Sequence record: SRR2962707_2599 | Direction: 5' to 3' (one strand) | DNA length: 64,000 nt | Shown here: positions 1 to 9,633 of the stretch, in pieces | Layout: each line of letters opens with the position of its first letter | Position numbering within the stretch: the first letter of the stretch is position 1 | Made by a program: the position numbers and the translations under genes | Notes under the pieces: model-generated | What the model saw: the letters and a program-made list of their open reading frames with translations, nothing else | The model's database searches: none | What the model was told of the DNA's origin: nothing

Positions 1-208
1 GGCGCACATCGTTGACGTTGCCGTTGCCGACAATCTGACGCAGATCGCCCGCCGAAACGGTCCAGTTGCTGCGCAAGTCGACGTGTGACACGTCCGAAAA
101 TTCAGACTGTTGTGGAGAATATAGATTGGGCGGTGCCGTGAGCCCGGTTGGGGCCGCTGGCGGGTGCGGCGATCCGGCGGCAAGCCCCATGCCAACTGAA
201 ATTTGCAT
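1..208 (-). CDS. ghsB: Putative GTA head-spike fibre protein (Rcc01080/GhsB-like), N-terminal part only; runs off the window edge
   Basis: Not in the ORF track. ATG at 208-206 overlaps the upstream stop (TGATG). Open to base 1: MQISVGMGLAAGSPHPPAAPTGLTAPPNLYSPQQSEF... The N-terminus resembles the MIALGLGLGLA-type anchor of the RcGTA head fibre as recalled, and the gene sits directly behind the spike-base gene. Confidence 0.6.
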   Translation of the reverse strand, partial: MQISVGMGLAAGSPHPPAAPTGLTAPPNLYSPQQSEFSDVSHVDLRSNWTVSAGDLRQIVGNGNVNDVR

Positions 209-468
209 CAGTATAGCCCAACGATGCCAGTGGCATCTGTCCCGGTTGTCAAAATCCGCCGCGCCCGTACGGGAAACGCAATGCCTGCCGCCACATATAG
301 TGTTGCAGTGGTGCCTTGGATGGTTTCGACATGAACCTGACCGGCTTGTGCGACATTGATCGCGCGGGTCACCGTGGGCAGGTCAACCCCATCATTGGGT
401 TGGATTGGAAATAGCCCAGAGGCGGGGCTTTCAAGTCCGGAGGTATGTGCGGCGAAGGGGTCAGACAT
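208..468 (-). CDS. ghsA: GTA head-spike base protein, RCAP_rcc01079 family
   Basis: 86 aa: MSDPFAAHTSGLESPA...PNDGVDLPTVTRAINV...G...FPVRARRILTTGTDATGIVGLY, matching the family pattern and size; GAGGAG RBS upstream. Confidence 0.85.
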   Translation of the reverse strand: MSDPFAAHTSGLESPASGLFPIQPNDGVDLPTVTRAINVAQAGQVHVETIQGTTATLYVAAGIAFPVRARRILTTGTDATGIVGLY

Positions 469-505
469 GGAACTCTCCTCAATGTTTTAGGGTGCGATGC
501 GGTTT

Positions 506-523
506 TAGAGAGGCATCGTGAAA
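506..523 (-). promoter_or_regulatory. Candidate GTA-gene promoter motif TTTCACGATGCCTCTCTA
   Basis: 37 nt upstream of the ghsA ATG; 13/18 identical to the motif 36 nt upstream of the DUF2793 gene. Confidence 0.4.
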
Positions 524-781
524 GATAGCCCGAAAGGTCACGCGGAGGTGTTACGATTTTGCAGCCCAGACGCGCGCACTTTCGCCGTATTACGCAACGG
601 GCGAGCCCCTTACACGTGGCCAAGCGCGATGGTCATGGGCCCTAGAGTGGAAAGAATGTGTCCTTTACCAAATGTTAGGGGTGCAGTAGCCTTTCCTTCA
701 GTTAACGGGACGTGGTCGGACGTATTTTGAGAGACCTGCCCGCCGGTCGTTATTTCGCGACAGGAGATATTCGGGGGTTAG

Positions 782-3634
782 ATGTTAATTTTAGGAACAG
801 AGTCACGAGACACTCTAAGAGCGTATGCTCCGGATGATATCGTCCGAGGTCTAGGCGGTAATGATTACCTTTACAGCAATGCAAATGGCGCCACCCTGGA
901 GGGCGGAGCGGGCAACGACCAATATCGTTTATTCAAGCCCGAGGCGACGATCCTCGAAGAAGAAGATGGCGGCCACGATACCCTGTGGGCCTGGCGATCG
1001 GTCGAGCTGCCTGACAATGTCGAAGACCTGCTGTTTAAGGGGGTGTCAAACTGGCATATCCTTCGGGGCAATTCCCTGGACAATGTGATCACCTCTGGGG
1101 AGGGTACCCAGGCCATCGCCGGCGGGGGGGGCAATGACACGATCACGGGCGGCCTTGGCAAAGACAGTTTCTATATAGAGGCCGGTGACGGGCATGACCG
1201 GATCACCGATTTCACGCCAACCGTTGATGTGGTGACCCTCTGGGGGTTGGGCATCGAAAGCTTTGCGGATCTTCAGGCGCGTACCGAGCAGATTGGTGCA
1301 GATGTGGTGATAACGCTTGCGCCGGACCAGACAGTGACCTTGGAAAATCTGCGGGTCGACGATTTGTCAGAACAGGATTTCCTCCTGACTTTCGCCAACC
1401 CGGATTTTCTTGAGGGCGCAACACTGACCTTCGAAGATACCTTTGATAGCCTCGCTTCTCTGAATGATGGCACCTGGAATACAACGCCAAGCAATGGACA
1501 CCCTGTCGCGACAAGTCTGGCGCGCGGGGCAAACCGGTCTCACACCTATATTGATGAACACTCGACCAATGCGCAGGGGGAGCCCTTCGGGATTTCCCCA
1601 TTCAGTGTCGATGCAGGGATTCTGTCGATCACGGCTCGGCGCACGCCCGCGGAACTCAGCGCGGACATTCCCGAAGCCTGGGTGTCAGGTCTGCTTGAAA
1701 CCCACGGGACCTTTGCGCAGACTTACGGCTACTTCGAAGTCAGTGCAAAAATTCCCCAGGGTCAGGGGTATTGGCCGGCTTTCTGGCTGGTCCCGGCAGA
1801 TTTCTCATGGCCGCCAGAGATCGATATCCTAGAAGCGCTTGGCAGCAAAACAGATGTATACCGCTCTGCCGTCCATGCGCCGACATGGGGCGACAAAGTC
1901 ACAGCAGCGCAATCTTGGCTGGTGCCGGATTTGAGTGAATCCTTTCACACATATGGCATGCTTTGGAGCCCGCAAACGCTGAGCTTCACCCTGGACGGGC
2001 GCGTTATGTTTGAGGTCGCCACGCCGGAATACATGCATGTGCCGATGGCCATGCGGTTGAATTTGGCGATGGGGGGATGGGACGGCGCACCCGATGACAC
2101 GACGCCAGAGGGGCAATCCTTTGAGGTCGATTATGTGCGGGCCTATGAGGTGCCGGGATTGGCCGCCCTGCCCCGCGCAACCGACATGAGCGCCTATGGT
2201 GATTTTGAAAACGGATTGCTGCACACCAGCGAATTTGGCCGCCTTTCTCTTTACGATGAGACGATTTGGCGTAGCAGTGATCTGGGCCTGACAGACCTGG
2301 TTTTGCCCGGATCAGAGACGGCCACGCTTGTGGGGGACACAGGTGACAACCGATTGGAAGGCAACCTGGAATCCACAGTCTTCAATGGTGGGGCCGGCGA
2401 TGACACCCTACTTGGGGGGGCAGGTGACGACTACCTGATTGGCGAGGCTGGCAACGATGTGCTGGATGGCGGTCTTGGACAGGACACAATGGTTGGTGGC
2501 CTTGGCGATGACACCTATGTGTTACGGCGCGGTGATGGTGCAAGTACCGCGGCCTATGAGTTGATCCTTGAGCGTCCCGGGGAAGGCACAGATACGATAT
2601 ATTTTGAAGATGTGCTGCCCAACGAAATCGGCAGCTACATCGATTTCGCCCGATGGCATATTGTCCTTGAGGACGCCAGCGGCACGGAGTTCTTTTCGAT
2701 CAAGGTTGCCCTTGTTCAGGGGGGGCAAGATGTCGGCAATTATATTGAACGGCTGATGTTTGCAGATGGCACGGTTTGGGACCTGACCGGACCTTTGTCC
2801 CTCTTTGCGGATGGTCAGGATAATTTGAGCTCGGGCACGCAGTTCAATGACACGATTTTGGGAGCGGGTGGTTCAGACACATTGGTCGGGATGGACGGGG
2901 ACGACTGGATCGATGGCGGCGCAGGCATTGACTATATGTTTGGCTGGGATGGAGATGACTACTTACGGGACACAGGTACCGAAGGCGGCGACAAGCTTTA
3001 TGGTGAAAACGGCAATGACACACTGATGGGCGGTGGCGGCATTGACGAGCTGTTTGGCGGCGGCGGGAATGACAGCCTAAAGGCCAGCCGGGACGGCGAT
3101 ATTCTGGATGGCGGCGCTGGCGAAGACACATTGCAAGGGGTCGCGGGCGAAGACACGCTGATGGGTGGTGACGGCGAGGACCGTTTGATTGGTTCTAACG
3201 GGAATGACACTCTTAATGGCGGCGCGGATAACGACATCCTGATTGGCGGCAAGGGAGATGACCTGCTTAGCGGCGACGACGGCCATGACAAGCTGATCGG
3301 TCATAATGACAATGACATTCTTTGGGGGGGGCTTGGCAATGACGTGCTGAATGGTGGTCCCGGGGATGATACCCTAGATGGCGGTGAGGGCAAGGATCGC
3401 TATCTTGGCGGCAAAGGCCATGACGTCTTTCAGATGGCCTTCGAAGAAATCAACCGGGACGAGATCAAGGATTATGAACTTGGCGAACGTATCGAGATTG
3501 ACGTAAGCGGCGCCGCCTCGGATTACGCGGTATCCGTTGTCGGGAACACGGCGACCATTTCGTCTTTTCTGACCGGGCAAAGCGCGCTCTTTTATGGTGT
3601 GGGTATGACCGTAGACGACATCTTTTTGGTCTGA
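782..3634 (+). CDS. RTX/Ca-binding repeat protein with GH16 glycanase domain (ExsH/EglC-like), probable T1SS substrate
   Basis: FAQTYGYFEV...GYWPAFWL...WPPEIDILE (GH16 ExDxxE catalytic motif); many GGxGxDxL nonapeptides on both sides; no signal peptide. Confidence 0.88.
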   Translation: MLILGTESRDTLRAYAPDDIVRGLGGNDYLYSNANGATLEGGAGNDQYRLFKPEATILEEEDGGHDTLWAWRSVELPDNVEDLLFKGVSNWHILRGNSLDNVITSGEGTQAIAGGGGNDTITGGLGKDSFYIEAGDGHDRITDFTPTVDVVTLWGLGIESFADLQARTEQIGADVVITLAPDQTVTLENLRVDDLSEQDFLLTFANPDFLEGATLTFEDTFDSLASLNDGTWNTTPSNGHPVATSLARGANRSHTYIDEHSTNAQGEPFGISPFSVDAGILSITARRTPAELSADIPEAWVSGLLETHGTFAQTYGYFEVSAKIPQGQGYWPAFWLVPADFSWPPEIDILEALGSKTDVYRSAVHAPTWGDKVTAAQSWLVPDLSESFHTYGMLWSPQTLSFTLDGRVMFEVATPEYMHVPMAMRLNLAMGGWDGAPDDTTPEGQSFEVDYVRAYEVPGLAALPRATDMSAYGDFENGLLHTSEFGRLSLYDETIWRSSDLGLTDLVLPGSETATLVGDTGDNRLEGNLESTVFNGGAGDDTLLGGAGDDYLIGEAGNDVLDGGLGQDTMVGGLGDDTYVLRRGDGASTAAYELILERPGEGTDTIYFEDVLPNEIGSYIDFARWHIVLEDASGTEFFSIKVALVQGGQDVGNYIERLMFADGTVWDLTGPLSLFADGQDNLSSGTQFNDTILGAGGSDTLVGMDGDDWIDGGAGIDYMFGWDGDDYLRDTGTEGGDKLYGENGNDTLMGGGGIDELFGGGGNDSLKASRDGDILDGGAGEDTLQGVAGEDTLMGGDGEDRLIGSNGNDTLNGGADNDILIGGKGDDLLSGDDGHDKLIGHNDNDILWGGLGNDVLNGGPGDDTLDGGEGKDRYLGGKGHDVFQMAFEEINRDEIKDYELGERIEIDVSGAASDYAVSVVGNTATISSFLTGQSALFYGVGMTVDDIFLV

Positions 3635-4334
3635 TCCCTTAAGTCGCAAAACCCAGCCGCCTTGCCGCGTCTCATACAGCAGGGGTTGCCCTGATGTTGC
3701 ATGCCTGAAGAGCTGCCCTTTTTGAGGGGGATCTGGGACAGGTTAACGCCTTTGAATTTTCGCCCGATGTCTTGGTCGATATCTGCATTCTCACGGGTGA
3801 ACACGGGAAAATGCTATATCTCCGCACAGTTTACGACGGGCCGCGCGTGAATCTGAACGATTCGATTCAACCGGCTCATATTTCGCTTTGCCTCAATGAA
3901 GGCACAATTTCGGCAACTATGTGCCTAAATTCCGCCTCATTGTTTTGTTTCAGAATTCCGCACAATCTGTTTCCGTAGGTGCCCTAAGCCAAGGCGAGAA
4001 TCAGTGCATGACTCGCCTTAAGAGATAAGTCGCGAAACCGAAAAAAGAAAAAACGCCAAAATATCAAGAAATTACGGGTTTTCGTCCGGGTTCTGGGAGA
4101 AATATCGCAGTCAGAATATGCTCGCACATGCAGCATAAATGCTGCGCCCGCACAAAAACTGCGCGTCTCGACGCATTTCAGCCTATGGCTTTTCTAAGAA
4201 GCTATTGCACTTTAGTGTAGTTGCCACATTGTTGCCTTATAACGAGATGGAATTACCGTCGAGTTCGCTTGAAAAAATTTGATTTACGACGTGGAGCAGA
4301 CCGCTTGTTTGACTGTCACTGGGAGATATAGAAC

Positions 4335-5003
4335 ATGGACTTTTCAGAAACACACGTGTCCGCATATAATGACCGCGTAAAACGACGGGTGCAGCTTCGG
4401 AAGGCACGGTCCAAACGTGTCATTGATGTTGTTCTGGCGCTCTTAATTTTGCCAATCGTTTTGCCAGTGATTGCTGTGTTGTATGTTTTGACACGCCGCG
4501 ACGGCGGCCCTGGCTTTTTTGGCCATGTTCGCGTCGGCAAAGACAACAAAGAATTCCGCTGCTGGAAAGTTCGGTCGATGGTGCACAACGCTGAAAAGGT
4601 GTTGGAAGAATACCTGGCCTCTAACCCCGAAGCGGCAGAAGAGTGGAACCGCGATTTCAAACTGACCAACGATCCGCGTGTTACCCGGCTGGGGCGTATT
4701 TTGCGTGAAACCAGCTTGGATGAGTTGCCACAAATTTGGAACGTGTTGATTGGCGAGATGAGCTTTGTCGGTCCGCGGCCCGTTACGCGCAAAGAGATGG
4801 ACAAATATCAGGGCTATGAATGGTGCTATCTGTCCTCCAAGCCCGGTATCACCGGTTTGTGGCAGGTCTCTGGACGCAATGATGTTGAGTATGACGAACG
4901 CGTTCAGATGGATCTGCAATATGTGACCACACAGACGGTTCTGGGCGACATAAGTATTATCCTGCGGACGGCGGGCGCTGTGCTGAACCGCACAGGGAAA
5001 TAA
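4335..5003 (+). CDS. exoY: Priming sugar-1-phosphate transferase (ExoY-like)
   Basis: KRVIDV, DPRVTRLGRILRETSLDELPQIWNVLIGEMSFVGPRP and KPGITGLWQVSGRN motifs; 222 aa. Confidence 0.9.
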   Translation: MDFSETHVSAYNDRVKRRVQLRKARSKRVIDVVLALLILPIVLPVIAVLYVLTRRDGGPGFFGHVRVGKDNKEFRCWKVRSMVHNAEKVLEEYLASNPEAAEEWNRDFKLTNDPRVTRLGRILRETSLDELPQIWNVLIGEMSFVGPRPVTRKEMDKYQGYEWCYLSSKPGITGLWQVSGRNDVEYDERVQMDLQYVTTQTVLGDISIILRTAGAVLNRTGK

Positions 5004-5904
5004 CCAGCAATCTCCAGCCAATTATGGCCGGGATGTCGACACTCTGGAACGATCTATTCTGATCTCCGAACTCTACTGCCCTCAATCTGGGCGGTAGAGT
5101 TTTTTGTGATTTGAGCTGTCCGCGTTCCGCATTCTTCAAGAGAGGCGGACCGATTCGATTCGAACGAAGGCGGCGATATTGATGCATCAGGCTTGTATGT
5201 ATTTGAGGGGAAAACCTGGGTCTCTCAGTGTGAAACAGACTGTTCTCAATAAGGCGATAATGGGACCGAAATAAGGCACGTGCATTTCCACATTTACAGC
5301 GCACTGGCCAACAATGCTCGGAGATAACGAATGGAATTGCAACCTATGGTTTATTTTTATTCTGTGACGAACAGGGAATGACTACCGTGTGTGCCGTTAG
5401 GCCTTTTTGAAAGGCTGGGAGATATTCAGAAACGGAATTGGATATCCCCAATGCAGGACTATTTCAAATAGTAGGCTCAGAGAGCTGGAAAGAAAATTCT
5501 GCGACGCGCAACTCTATTTCTGTTGTTTTACAATTACTTGTAGGCCTCTCATTGCGGATGTAAAAAATAGATTTGAAATCTCCCTCTGCAGCGCAGAATG
5601 ACCCTGTCACAAAAGCACACGCCAGATTTGAGTGAAAGTAAACTCACTCCCTCAATCACCCTGATGCTGAATAAAACCTGATGTCACAACGTCTGTTTAT
5701 GCAATCTCCTTTAAGGAGAGCGACTCTTTTCGGATAAGGATCCTAACTTCCTGGGTCTCGTCTGGCGCCGTCCCCATTGCCGGTATTTTGAAGTCTGCGT
5801 GTCAAATTATCCCTTTCCAAAAGGTGGCAGAAATGTGTTAAGTTTACGGCAGATTGAAAAGTCTGCTTTAAAAGTGATTCAAAACAAACCTGGAGGGTGA
5901 TTAA

Positions 5905-6435
5905 ATGCCAGTTATTACAGACAATGGTGCGAACACGATTACCGGCGACAACAGCGACAACACAATCGTTGCCAAAGGTGGCGATGACGTGATCAACGGT
6001 GCCGGTGGCAACGACAGTATCAAAGGCGGTACAGGCAACGACAAAATTAAGGGCGGCACAGGCGATGACAACATCGCAGGCGGCGACGGCAATGACACAT
6101 TGTCCGGTGGTGACGGCAATGACCGTCTGATCGGTGGCGAAGGCAACGATCGCCTTGCTGGCGGTAACGGCGAAGATACATTGGCCGGTGGTACAGGCAA
6201 CGACATCCTGTTCGGTGGCGCTGACGAAGACACATTCGTGTTCGGCGACCAGTCTACAGGTAACTCGCGTATTTCCGACTTCGAACTCGGTATCGATGAG
6301 CTGCGCCTCGAAGACGGTATCTCTGCGACTGACTACGAAACAACCGCAAAAGGTACTTTGGTCACATTGGACACCGGCGGAACAATCTTGTTGATGGGCG
6401 TCGACATCGCTGACTCCTACGACCTGTTCGCATAA
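5905..6435 (+). CDS. Small calcium-binding RTX-repeat protein, no catalytic domain
   Basis: 176 aa; about 10 tandem GGxGNDxI/L nonapeptides and a T1SS-type C-terminus (DTFVF...ISDFELGIDELRL); GGAGG RBS; own terminator. Confidence 0.9.
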   Translation: MPVITDNGANTITGDNSDNTIVAKGGDDVINGAGGNDSIKGGTGNDKIKGGTGDDNIAGGDGNDTLSGGDGNDRLIGGEGNDRLAGGNGEDTLAGGTGNDILFGGADEDTFVFGDQSTGNSRISDFELGIDELRLEDGISATDYETTAKGTLVTLDTGGTILLMGVDIADSYDLFA

Positions 6436-6465
6436 ATAAGCCTGCCAGCTTATTACGAATGACGG

Positions 6466-6498
6466 CACCCCCGGATTGTTTTCCGGGGGTGTTTTTTT
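6466..6498 (+). terminator. Rho-independent terminator
   Basis: CACCCCCGGA / TCCGGGGGTG perfect 10-bp stem followed by T7. Confidence 0.9.
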
Positions 6499-6744
6499 GT
6501 CTGGCGCAGGGCCCGTTTTATGTCGTGGAGCAGGGAATACCTCATTTTAGGGTTCCGTCGGCCATGTGGTCTCACATAGACACCAACGCCTAAAATCAGA
6601 GCACTGACCCATTCAGCCCTTGATAAACGCTTGGTTTTCCAGCCCATTAAAACTACACAGAACCTGTATTCTTGCTGCTTTCGATTTAGACTGGACGTTG
6701 GTCCTGTCCGAACTTTCACCCTTTGGTCAATGCTAGATTTTTGA

Positions 6745-8700
6745 ATGACAAAATTGAACAAGAAGCCTGGCGCCTATCGCCCTGAAATTGATGGGATGCG
6801 CGCCGTCGCCGTGATTTCGGTGATGATCTATCATCTGAAAATCCAACTGGGTGGTGGTGTTCTGCTGTCGGGGGGCTTTTTAGGGGTCGACCTGTTCTTT
6901 GTTCTGTCGGGCTTTCTGATCACTCAAATCCTTGTGGATGAGTTTGCAAAGACCGGAACGATCAGCATTCTGCAATTCTATTGGCGCCGCGCCAAACGGA
7001 TTTTACCGCCGCTGCTGCTTGTTATGATCTGCAGCCTGCCCGTGGCCTGGGTGATGCTGTTGCCAAGTGAACTTGAGCGCTTTGCCTATTCGATCTTAAG
7101 TGCTCTGTTTTTTGTCAGCAATGCGTTCTGGTTTTTTGAGCTAAGCGAATACGGTGCGCAATCCGGTTTGTTGCAACCGTTTCTGCATACGTGGAGTCTG
7201 GCAATTGAAGAGCAGTTTTATCTGGTGTTTCCGCCTCTGCTGATCCTTTTGCTGCGACGTTGGAGCCGCCGGATCGCGCTGATTGTTCTGATCGTTCTTC
7301 TTGTCCTTAGCCTGATTGCCGCGCAGCTTTTGACACTCGAACATTCGGCTTTGTCTTTCTATGCACCCACCAGCCGGGCTTGGGAAATGCTGGCGGGATC
7401 GGTGCTTGCCTTCCTGTCGCGCTCCGCGCCACAGGCTTTGCGGGGCGGCCTCTTGGATCGCATAGTCCCGTCGATATCCTTGGCCGTTTTGCTGGGGTCG
7501 ATCGTGTTCATGGATCTGGTCGAAATTCAGCACCCGGGCATTGTCACACTGCCGGTGATCTTGGCCACTTGCGGCTTGATCTGGTTTACAAACGCACGTG
7601 AACCCGTGACCCGTGTGTTGTCTGCAGCACCCATGGTTTACGTGGGCAAGCTGTCTTATTCTTTGTATCTTTGGCACTTCCCAATTTATGCCTTTGGACG
7701 TTTGCGCGAAATTGGAACCCCAGGACCCTTGGATATGGTGGCCTGGGTGGCGCTCACTTTTGCTCTTTCCATCGCCGGGTACTATCTGATTGAAAAGCCT
7801 TTTCGATTTCGGGTGGCGGTCAAACCTTTTGCGCTGGCCATTGCCGCGACACTGGGACCGCTTTGTGTGGTCTGCGCGTTAATCGTTTCGGGACAGATCG
7901 CCCCGTCGGGGCGGTTGGACAATCTGGCAGCGCTTTATGGCGACAATGAAATTGACAACACAGTGTTGGCCAAGGCCAGCTGGAGCCTTTTGGATGCGCT
8001 TGCCCCTGAGGAAGATATCGGCTCTTGGAATGCCCTGCGCGCGTCGGAAAATGAAAAGCACGCTTTGTGGTTCACCGGGACTGAGACACGCAAGGTGATG
8101 ATCATCGGGGATTCCCACTCCAAGGATGTGTTTAATGCCTTGTCCCTGAATAGCGATCGCTTCCCTCAAACAGAATTTGCCCGCTTTAATTTGCACCGCA
8201 AATCCTTGGAAGCGGATCTGGCATTGTTATTGGCCTCCCCGAACTTTGCGGCCAGCGATACAGTGCTTATTGCGCCGCGCTATTACCGTGAATATGCCAG
8301 CGCGCTTGCGTTGATGCTTGGGGCTCTGGAAGGAAAGGGCAAAGAGGTTTTTGTTCTGGGCGGGACAGCTGAATTTGACGTCGGCGGTGCGCAGCCGCTG
8401 TTTGATTGGTACCTACGCCAAAGCGGCACGTCCGATGCACTGGAGCAGCTGAATGCTTTGGCTCCGAAATTCGAAGATCCAGTGGCGCGGGCGCGCAACA
8501 GCGATATTCGGCGGATTGCCGAAGACTGGGGAGCCACCTTCTTGTCGCGCCGAGAGCTGATCTGTGATGACGCGCAAAAGACATGCACCATTGTGACACC
8601 CGAAGCTTTGAAGACGATGTATGACGACACACATTGGGCTCTTGCGGGGGCCAAGCTTTTCGGAGCGCGTGCTGCGGACGCAGGTTGGTTAGCACGATAG
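6745..8700 (+). CDS. O-acyltransferase, acyltransferase_3 plus SGNH domain (OafA/OatA-like)
   Basis: YRPEIDGMRAVAV, GFLGVDLFFVLSGFLIT, HTWSLAIEEQFYL; C-terminal GDSHS and DDTHW motifs. Confidence 0.9.
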   Translation: MTKLNKKPGAYRPEIDGMRAVAVISVMIYHLKIQLGGGVLLSGGFLGVDLFFVLSGFLITQILVDEFAKTGTISILQFYWRRAKRILPPLLLVMICSLPVAWVMLLPSELERFAYSILSALFFVSNAFWFFELSEYGAQSGLLQPFLHTWSLAIEEQFYLVFPPLLILLLRRWSRRIALIVLIVLLVLSLIAAQLLTLEHSALSFYAPTSRAWEMLAGSVLAFLSRSAPQALRGGLLDRIVPSISLAVLLGSIVFMDLVEIQHPGIVTLPVILATCGLIWFTNAREPVTRVLSAAPMVYVGKLSYSLYLWHFPIYAFGRLREIGTPGPLDMVAWVALTFALSIAGYYLIEKPFRFRVAVKPFALAIAATLGPLCVVCALIVSGQIAPSGRLDNLAALYGDNEIDNTVLAKASWSLLDALAPEEDIGSWNALRASENEKHALWFTGTETRKVMIIGDSHSKDVFNALSLNSDRFPQTEFARFNLHRKSLEADLALLLASPNFAASDTVLIAPRYYREYASALALMLGALEGKGKEVFVLGGTAEFDVGGAQPLFDWYLRQSGTSDALEQLNALAPKFEDPVARARNSDIRRIAEDWGATFLSRRELICDDAQKTCTIVTPEALKTMYDDTHWALAGAKLFGARAADAGWLAR

Positions 8701-8785
8701 CCATGAACTTTTGCTGTTTGCGCCGCAGTGTTGACAACAGGACCGAATAAGCCCGGTCAAAACGGGAAAAACAAGGAGAGCAGTC

Positions 8786-9610
8786 ATGGCGCGTAAAGCC
8801 CCTTTTAAGGAACGTTTGACCCGACGTCTGTCTATCGTGGCGGGACGCGCGCGACGCAGCCTGCCCGGCGCCGCGCCCAAACACCGCAGCGTATTCTTTC
8901 ACATGCCCAAATGTGGTGGCACATCCCTGTCTGAAGCGATGTATGCGACGGTGCCCTTTAATGAGCGTATTGGCGTTATTGACGCGGTCTCGACGCGTCG
9001 GGCTGCGGCCATGCTGAATTTCGACAAGAATGATGCGTTTCTATGTCACGAAGATTTGGATACCGGACAGTTGACGTTTGATCTGCGGGAGGGATTGTTC
9101 CTGCAGCATATGGCATGGGATACCATGCTGATACACGGTCATGTCTTATGGTCAGAAAAAGCCGATACACATTTCAGGGACACGTATAAATACGTGACAT
9201 TACTGCGGGATCCGGTAGCGCGGACGGTTTCGAACTATCGCATGACTCAACGCAGTGGCGTTACGGATGGTGACCTGGACACCTATCTGCAAAGTGATGT
9301 GGCGCGGCGTCACGCGCGGGTGTACCTACGTTACTTGGCCGGGCGGAATGACATTCCAGAAGAGGACGTGCCTGCGGCGCTTGAACTGGCCAAAGAACGC
9401 TTGTCGCGCTTTGCCTTGGTTGGGTTCCTTGAGGAAACAGACGTTTTCATGCAGAAATATCGGGACTTGTTTGGGATTAAGCTGCGGATGGCAAAGCTTA
9501 ATTCTGCGCCGGACCGAAAGCCTGCGTATTCAGAGGCACAGATGCAACGCTTTACCGAGCTGTGTGCCCCTGACATCGCGATCCATGAATTTGCCAAGAC
9601 GCTTCGCTAA
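8786..9610 (+). CDS. Sulfotransferase family protein
   Basis: FFHMPKCGGTS (5'-PSB) and TLLRDPVARTVSNY (3'-PB) motifs. Confidence 0.8.
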   Translation: MARKAPFKERLTRRLSIVAGRARRSLPGAAPKHRSVFFHMPKCGGTSLSEAMYATVPFNERIGVIDAVSTRRAAAMLNFDKNDAFLCHEDLDTGQLTFDLREGLFLQHMAWDTMLIHGHVLWSEKADTHFRDTYKYVTLLRDPVARTVSNYRMTQRSGVTDGDLDTYLQSDVARRHARVYLRYLAGRNDIPEEDVPAALELAKERLSRFALVGFLEETDVFMQKYRDLFGIKLRMAKLNSAPDRKPAYSEAQMQRFTELCAPDIAIHEFAKTLR

Positions 9611-9633
9611 GCTGGGCTGAACACTAGGACCTT

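Noticed and set aside
1124-1131. G8 tract in the GH16-RTX gene as a phase-variation site
   Set aside because: Explained by consecutive Gly codons in an RTX repeat.
3635-4334. Possible sRNA or riboswitch in the 700-bp region upstream of exoY
   Set aside because: Only short palindromes seen; no recognisable RNA family or terminator. An Rfam or covariance search would be needed.
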